From Bacteroidales bacterium M5 (GTDB lineage: Bacteria; Bacteroidota; Bacteroidia; Bacteroidales; Muribaculaceae): a stretch of DNA of 64,000 nt. The stretch spans positions 3,183 through 67,182 of the forward strand of contig LUJP01000071.1 in NCBI GenBank assembly GCA_001689535.1, read 5' to 3'. Under the pieces are notes generated by a model. The model made no database searches. It was not told the DNA's origin and worked only from the letters and a program-made list of their open reading frames with translations. The translations under genes were made by a program, and so were the position numbers. Of the stretch, positions 57,942 to 64,000 are shown in pieces (within the stretch, counting starts at the first letter, position 1; every line of letters begins with the position of its first letter).

Positions 57942-58691
57942 CTATGATACATTTTTCAAACAACACAAATTGTATTCATGTGCCATCATTACTGCATCAT
58001 ATAGATCATACCCGGCTAAACATAACGCGCCTACCACATCGACTCCTGGCACCCCAATCATATCAACCGCTAAATCTCCTATGACATCCACAACCTCGTT
58101 TTGTACTGCAGACTCTGCCATTTTCAATGTTAATTGATGCAGACAATATGAGTTGGCAGCTCTGGATTCTGACATATCGGCAATATACTCGTCAATCCTT
58201 GCTGCACAGCCTATCATGCATTCCTGTATAATTGGTGTTTTGTTTTTTATAGCTTCAGCAAGCATAGAAATGTTATGACCACCATCTCCTATATAAGCAC
58301 TGGTGAAATTATAAAATTGCTGAACCTCCTCTAAAGAAGACTGCTTTATTAATTCATCGATAGACGCGTAATATAGATTATCATACTCCTGTTCAATCTG
58401 AGGTGTACAATATATCATATATAAACTGTCAACAGTTTCTACTGGTAAAGAAGACAAAAGAGACACAAGTTCAGGACCGGAAATGGATATTGCGCCCCCA
58501 GAACGAGAGCCTTCACCAGTCAGTGTTTGATAGGTCACCCCAATATCTCCTTGTGTACTAGCTTTATAGCTCTCATACCTTTCTACTATTTCAGACAGAG
58601 ATTTATCATCTTCAACTTGAACTGAATCTTCATTCGATGAGCAAGACACTAAACCTAACACTAGCATTGGAATTAGTAAAAGTTTATTCAT
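57942..58691 (-). CDS. Lipoprotein with a Cys-bracketed hydrophobic C-terminal domain
   Basis: Lipobox LVSC, SRA motif followed by C...hydrophobic Gly/Val segment...CC; AT-rich DNA. Confidence 0.75.
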   Translation of the reverse strand: MNKLLLIPMLVLGLVSCSSNEDSVQVEDDKSLSEIVERYESYKASTQGDIGVTYQTLTGEGSRSGGAISISGPELVSLLSSLPVETVDSLYMIYCTPQIEQEYDNLYYASIDELIKQSSLEEVQQFYNFTSAYIGDGGHNISMLAEAIKNKTPIIQECMIGCAARIDEYIADMSESRAANSYCLHQLTLKMAESAVQNEVVDVIGDLAVDMIGVPGVDVVGALCLAGYDLYDAVMMAHEYNLCCLKNVS

Positions 58692-58847
58692 ATATTTATT
58701 TTTTTAATTAAATATAATTATTAAACATATAATGTTGTTAAGAGTTCACATTAATGAGGATTTTTTTCTAATTAAATAACATATATTTAAAACTTGTTTT
58801 TAGGATTTTCATCCATCATACTCTATTCCCCCGCAAATTAAACCGAC

Positions 58848-60098
58848 ATGAAGTCTCCCTTAACCATTTTCGGGCTGCTGGCAGCTACATTGCTATTCGG
58901 CAACTTCCATCTCCTGGCATCCGTGAGCGAAGAAAAAACGCAGGACGGTTTGAGCCGCACCACGCGTAGCGCCGTAGAAGGACTGATGCGCCGCAATCCA
59001 CCGCGTCTCACCTTCTCCCCCGCCAAAGTCAGCGCTGACTCCTTTCCCGCATGGCAGGCCCAGATGAAAACGGCCATGGAGCGCCTCATGCGCCACCCTC
59101 AGGCGCAGGCTGCGTCGCCGAGGCTTATCAAGCGGGTGAAGCGAGAGGGCTACACGCTTGAAAAATGGGAAAGCTACCCGCTTGACTCCACTGCGGTTCC
59201 TTTCCTTGTACTGATACCCTACGGCGCAGACGCGGCGCGCCCCCTTCCGGCCGCCCTCTGCATCCCCGGATTCGGCCAGACCAAGGAGCTGCTTGCCGGA
59301 GAACGCGCCGACAACTTCTCACTGGAGGGCGCCCCCGACAGTCTGGCCGGAAAAAACGCAATGGCCCTTGATTACGTGCGCCACGGACTGGTGGCCGTGG
59401 CCGTAGACAATCCTTCATTCGGTGAACTCTCGGACAACGGCCGTTCCGACTACCTCGAGACCTCACGCTTCCTCCTCGAGACCGGGTGGAGCTATCTGGG
59501 CCTTGCCTCGTGGCAGGACCGTGTGATTCTCGACTGGATGAAAACACAGCCGGCAGTGGACAAGTCAAGGATAATAGTGAGCGGGTTCTCTCTGGGCACC
59601 GAGCCTATGATGGCCCTGGGGCTCCTCGACGACTCTATCTGCGCCTTCGTCTACAACGACTTTCTGTGCCGCACACGTGAGCGGGCGCTCGTCATGAACC
59701 GTCCCGACGCATCGGGAGTGCGGGCCTTTCCTAATTCGATAGAGCATCTCATCCCGGGATTCCTTCTTGAATTCGACTTTCCCGACATTGTGGCCGCTTT
59801 GGCCCCGCGTCCTGTAATCTGTACAGAAGGAGGAATGGACCGCGACTTTGAAATCGTGGCCCGGGCTTTCGCCACAGCAGGTGTCCCCGACAGCTTCTCG
59901 TGGTATCATTACCCGGCATTTGCCGACCCCGCCAACCGCGTTCCACTTCAGGCAATGCCCGAAGGCATAGACCGCGCCACATTCTTCCGCCTGGCCAACG
60001 TTGACCCGCCTTCCCACCACTTCAAATCAGCCCTCGTCCTCCCCTGGCTCGACCGCATCCTAATGGGTCAACAGCAGAATAACGCAGAATTTAAGTAA
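58848..60098 (+). CDS. Secreted alpha/beta hydrolase (Abhydrolase_7-like)
   Basis: VPFLVLIP, LCIPG, AVAVDN, SGFSLG nucleophile, APRP...EGG. Confidence 0.82.
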   Translation: MKSPLTIFGLLAATLLFGNFHLLASVSEEKTQDGLSRTTRSAVEGLMRRNPPRLTFSPAKVSADSFPAWQAQMKTAMERLMRHPQAQAASPRLIKRVKREGYTLEKWESYPLDSTAVPFLVLIPYGADAARPLPAALCIPGFGQTKELLAGERADNFSLEGAPDSLAGKNAMALDYVRHGLVAVAVDNPSFGELSDNGRSDYLETSRFLLETGWSYLGLASWQDRVILDWMKTQPAVDKSRIIVSGFSLGTEPMMALGLLDDSICAFVYNDFLCRTRERALVMNRPDASGVRAFPNSIEHLIPGFLLEFDFPDIVAALAPRPVICTEGGMDRDFEIVARAFATAGVPDSFSWYHYPAFADPANRVPLQAMPEGIDRATFFRLANVDPPSHHFKSALVLPWLDRILMGQQQNNAEFK

Positions 60099-60281
60099 TC
60101 AAGCCCCTTTATCAGGCAACCATAACAGTTCTGCGGCTATTATGCCGTTTACACACCATTCTGCATTTTTCAAAAAGAGTCAGGATGCTCAGCCGGGATT
60201 TGCATTAGGTTTCTCCGCGTTTGCGGGGGCGGGGCAAATGTTGTAATTTAGCGGATTGAAAAACCGATTCTGTTACGAACC

Positions 60282-61031
60282 ATGCGCAGCATATTGGCAT
60301 TTATAATATCGGCCGTCATTCTCGGGGGATGCGGCAGAGATTCAGGCCGACTGAACGACCCCAACCACATCCTCACCATCGATGAACTCACTGCCGATAC
60401 AGTGGACCGTTGGAGCCATCCCCTGGCGGAACTCCCGGAACCCACCGTAAAGATGAAAATCAACAATATCGGCCCTCTTGCAAAAGTGTTTAACGACAGC
60501 AACTACATCCATTGGGAAGAAGCTGAAAAAACCGGCATCACACCCCTCAACGACACCCGCAGCCACTGGCAGTCGGGGCGCGACATGGTGAAAGTGGTGT
60601 CGTGTGCCGACTTCTATGTGGAACCGCTCTCCCATTCCCGGCCTTTCATGGTGCCCGAAGGGGCGGCCATGCTCCACGAGATCGGCCGACGGTTCCGCGA
60701 CTCGCTCGAGGCACGCGGCGGCGGCGACTACCGCATAAAGGTGACAAGCGTGCTGCGCACGCCATTGTCAGTGAAGCGTCTGCGCCGTTCCAACCGCAAT
60801 GCCGTTGACTCATCGGTGCATCAGCTCGGCACAACGGTGGATATCAGCTACTCACGTTTCGCCCCCGACAGCGACCGCATTCCCCGCTCGATGGAAGACC
60901 TCAAGAACCTTCTGGGCGAAGTGCTCTGGGCCATGCGCTCCGAAGGCAAATGCCTTGTGAAGTACGAGCGCAAGCAGCCCTGCTTCCACGTCACGGTATG
61001 CGAAGGCGCGTACCCCGACGCCGATATCTGA
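60282..61031 (+). CDS. DUF5715-like lipoprotein (peptidase M15-like fold)
   Basis: Lipobox LGGC, VTSVLRT, NRNA..S.H..GTTVDISY, KYE.KQPCFH.TV. Confidence 0.78.
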   Translation: MRSILAFIISAVILGGCGRDSGRLNDPNHILTIDELTADTVDRWSHPLAELPEPTVKMKINNIGPLAKVFNDSNYIHWEEAEKTGITPLNDTRSHWQSGRDMVKVVSCADFYVEPLSHSRPFMVPEGAAMLHEIGRRFRDSLEARGGGDYRIKVTSVLRTPLSVKRLRRSNRNAVDSSVHQLGTTVDISYSRFAPDSDRIPRSMEDLKNLLGEVLWAMRSEGKCLVKYERKQPCFHVTVCEGAYPDADI

Positions 61032-61063
61032 TTTTCGTCCGACAATCCCCCCCCTACTGCAAA

Positions 61064-64000
61064 ATGAACACCACATCCCCACATAACGTCACCGAAGGCA
61101 CTGAATCCCAGCCCGCGCGCAAGCACCGCCCGCTCTGGCTCCGGATTACCAAATGGCTCGGCATAGGAATAGCCGCCATAGCCGTGCTGGTAATCGCGGT
61201 AATCAGCATTGCCGTGTGGTATCTCACACCTCAGAAACTCACGCCTATGGTCAACCGCGCCGCATCGGAATATCTGCTTGCCGATGTCGACGCCAAAAGA
61301 GTGGAGCTCACCTTCTGGCACACATTCCCCCGGCTGGAGGTAACCGTTGACTCCCTGGCTATCGTGAGCCGGAGTCTCCGCGAGATTCCTGACTCCATAC
61401 GTGCCACCCTTCCGGCCGATGCCGATACGCTGCTGACGGTAAACCGGTTCTCCGGCGGAATCAACGTGGGAGAGCTCACCCTTGGCAACATAGCGCTTTA
61501 TGACGTGATTATAGACCGCCCACGGCTCAATCTCGTGGTAGCCTCCGACTCCATAGACAACTTCTCGATAATTCCGCCGTCGGACACCACATCCACCGGA
61601 GGCTCCACGGTGATTCCCCCTCTTTCCATCAACCGCTTCGCCATCACGGGCAACTTTCCGACACGCTTCTGCGCGCCGTCCGACTCCATCGATTTCACCC
61701 TGATGCTGCGCGACTCACAGATGCTGGGCCATGAAGCGCCGCTTTACAGCCTGAGCATATCGGGCGATGCGGGCGGAAACATCCATCCCGTGCTCCTCTC
61801 CACCCTCCCCTTCGGCCTTGACGGAAAGGTGAAATGGAGTCAGGCCAATCCTTCGGAAATCGGCCTGGAAAACATGAAAGTCACCCTCGGTAAACTCCAG
61901 GCCGGATTCAACGCCGGATTCAACTTCGAGAACGATCCTCTGATACACACACTGACAGTGGACATAGACCGCATGCGCCTGGCCGACCTCCTGGAAATAA
62001 TTCCCGACAACTATAAAAAAGGATTCGAGGGACTCGACACCGATCTCTCCATGAAATTAGGGCTACGCCTCGACAAGCATTACCGTCCCCTCACCGACAG
62101 CATCCCTTCCGTGTCAATAGACGTGAAAGCCGACGCAGAGCGGCTCCGGATGGGTCAGCTGTATCTTACCCGGCTGTCGCTCGACGGAAGCGCGGTGATA
62201 GCCGGCGACAGCCTTGATGCCTCGACTATCGACATCCGTCGTCTCAAAGCTTCCGGAAGGTCGGTTGATGTGGATCTTTCCACCACCGTGGCGCGGCCGC
62301 TCTCCAATCCGCGGCTCAAAGGGCGCTTTGAAGGCAACGTGAACCTCGGTTCCCTTCCGGCGTCGCTTATGGACAAACTCCCCGTCAGAATGACAGGAAT
62401 GCTACGTGGCGAGACCGATTTCAACTTCGCCGTGGCCGATCTCACACCCAAGCGGTTCCACCGCGTGATTCTCAACGGCATGCTTGCCCTGACAGATTTC
62501 AACCTCTCCACACCCGACAGCACCGTAACGGCCTATACCGCCCGAACAGTGTTCCGCCTCGGCTCCAGCTCCCGCATAAAATATCAGGGCGTGAAAATAG
62601 ACTCACTGCTCACCGCCTCGCTCACCGTGGACACCGCCCGCATATCGGGCTACGGAGCCATGGCCGCGGGACGCGACATGAAGATAGGCTTTGCCACGCG
62701 CAACGTCGCCTCGACGCTCGACACATCAAGCGTGACGCCGCTTGGTGTCACCATCTCGGCCGCCTTGCTCACCGTCACAGATGACTCCACCTCCACCCGC
62801 ATGCTGCTGCGCGACACGGCCGTGAAAGGCGCCATACAGCGCTTCCAGAGCAACGACAAGGCGCCGCTGATAAAGGCTCTTGTCAATGCCCGCACTGCTC
62901 TTTATGCCGACCGCTACAACCGCGCCCTGCTTGCCGACGGGCATGCCGACCTCACTCTCCATCCCCGTGTGCGCCGCGCCGCCAACCGGCCGCGCCGCTC
63001 CACTGCCGCACGGGCAGATTCTTCTGCCGCAGTTTCTGAATCAGCCAACAGGCTTCATGTCAACGACACCACTGCCTCACTTCTGCGCCGCTGGACCGCC
63101 TCGGGCAACATGAAGGCGCGCACGGTGAGGATATTCACCCCTGCTTTCCCGCTCCGTACCCGCGTGGACAGCATGAACCTCGATTTCAATACAGACAGCG
63201 TCATACTCCACCCCACCGATCTTACCGCCGGCAAAAGCTCCCTGAGAATCTACGGCTCCATACGTAACATTCGCGGCGCACTCACAGGGCGCCGACGCCC
63301 GCTCGACATCAATCTCAACGCATCATCGCGCCATCTCGACGTGAACGAGCTGACCGACGCTGCCCTGCGCGGAGCCGCCTTCATTACCAAGGTGGAGGAC
63401 GGAACAGCCGGCCGCGTTGCGCTCACCGACGATGCCGCAAGCCTGCAGAAATCCATCGAGAGCCAGACAGCGGAGGACGATCGGGGCGCATTCGTGATTC
63501 CGGGCAACATTACGGCCAACGTGCGTCTACTTGCCGACGAGGTGGTTTATTCCGACGTGATCCTGAACCGTCTTACCGGAAATCTTTCGGTCTACGACGG
63601 CGCCTTGAGACTCGACCGGCTCGCGGCCCGGAGCCCGATAGGCAATGTGAATTTCTCCGCTCTGCTCTCGGCCCCAGACGCTTCCGACCTCAGTTTCGCC
63701 GCAGGAATGAACGTAAGGCGCATGGACCTCAACCATGTGATGAGGATGATTCCCAACCTCGACTCCATAATGCCCATGCTCAAAGACCTTGAAGGCATAG
63801 TCAACGCCGATATGGCCCTGACCACGAGCCTCGACTCGGCCATGAACCTGCGTCTCAACACACTGGAGATGGCCCTGAAACTCTCGGGCGACAGCCTCGT
63901 GCTGCTCGACAGCGAGACATTCGCCACCCTCTCCAAATGGCTAATGTTCAAGAACAAGAAACGCAACATGATTGACCACATGGACGTGGAGATGACCGTG
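61064..64000 (+). CDS. AsmA-family protein, runs off the window
   Basis: Frame from ATG 61064 (MNTTSP..WLRITKWLGIGIAAIAVLVIAV..LTPQKLTP.V..VELTFW.TFP) matches the frame at the window end (..RNMIDHMDVEMTV). N-terminal TM anchor; absent from the ORF track because it has no stop. Confidence 0.82.
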   Translation, partial: MNTTSPHNVTEGTESQPARKHRPLWLRITKWLGIGIAAIAVLVIAVISIAVWYLTPQKLTPMVNRAASEYLLADVDAKRVELTFWHTFPRLEVTVDSLAIVSRSLREIPDSIRATLPADADTLLTVNRFSGGINVGELTLGNIALYDVIIDRPRLNLVVASDSIDNFSIIPPSDTTSTGGSTVIPPLSINRFAITGNFPTRFCAPSDSIDFTLMLRDSQMLGHEAPLYSLSISGDAGGNIHPVLLSTLPFGLDGKVKWSQANPSEIGLENMKVTLGKLQAGFNAGFNFENDPLIHTLTVDIDRMRLADLLEIIPDNYKKGFEGLDTDLSMKLGLRLDKHYRPLTDSIPSVSIDVKADAERLRMGQLYLTRLSLDGSAVIAGDSLDASTIDIRRLKASGRSVDVDLSTTVARPLSNPRLKGRFEGNVNLGSLPASLMDKLPVRMTGMLRGETDFNFAVADLTPKRFHRVILNGMLALTDFNLSTPDSTVTAYTARTVFRLGSSSRIKYQGVKIDSLLTASLTVDTARISGYGAMAAGRDMKIGFATRNVASTLDTSSVTPLGVTISAALLTVTDDSTSTRMLLRDTAVKGAIQRFQSNDKAPLIKALVNARTALYADRYNRALLADGHADLTLHPRVRRAANRPRRSTAARADSSAAVSESANRLHVNDTTASLLRRWTASGNMKARTVRIFTPAFPLRTRVDSMNLDFNTDSVILHPTDLTAGKSSLRIYGSIRNIRGALTGRRRPLDINLNASSRHLDVNELTDAALRGAAFITKVEDGTAGRVALTDDAASLQKSIESQTAEDDRGAFVIPGNITANVRLLADEVVYSDVILNRLTGNLSVYDGALRLDRLAARSPIGNVNFSALLSAPDASDLSFAAGMNVRRMDLNHVMRMIPNLDSIMPMLKDLEGIVNADMALTTSLDSAMNLRLNTLEMALKLSGDSLVLLDSETFATLSKWLMFKNKKRNMIDHMDVEMTV

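Overview
Chromosomal window from a Bacteroidales gut bacterium. Gene content, gene order and TAnnTTTG promoter motifs fit Bacteroidales, possibly Muribaculaceae (inference). Most of it is housekeeping or glycan metabolism: ribE, mdh, fprA, pdxB, purD, rlmL-like, folA-thyA, tadA, rnz, trmD, asnA, rnhA, aroK, GH130 with an MFS permease, GH92 with AraC, GH29, a MacAB-TolC-like exporter with a two-component system, and a partial AsmA gene. The standout is a minus-strand cluster (about 17.5-27.2 kb) beside tRNA-Arg(CCT) that looks like a RiPP system. In transcription order it encodes a TPR/HTH regulator broken by one in-frame TAA, a small secreted DUF3244-like protein, a transglutaminase-like lipoprotein, a radical SAM/SPASM enzyme, an 87-aa precursor with five CxC motifs in a 14-aa repeat, an outer-membrane beta-barrel and an RRE-fused M50 protease. 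A second regulator/DUF3244-like module on the other side of the tRNA precedes a toxin-like lipoprotein. An AT-rich two-gene insert at 57.7-58.8 kb resembles a toxin/immunity pair. Also present are REP-like palindromes, a repeat-flanked four-helix-bundle gene and several degenerate proteins. All family calls come from reading motifs by eye; no database searches were run.
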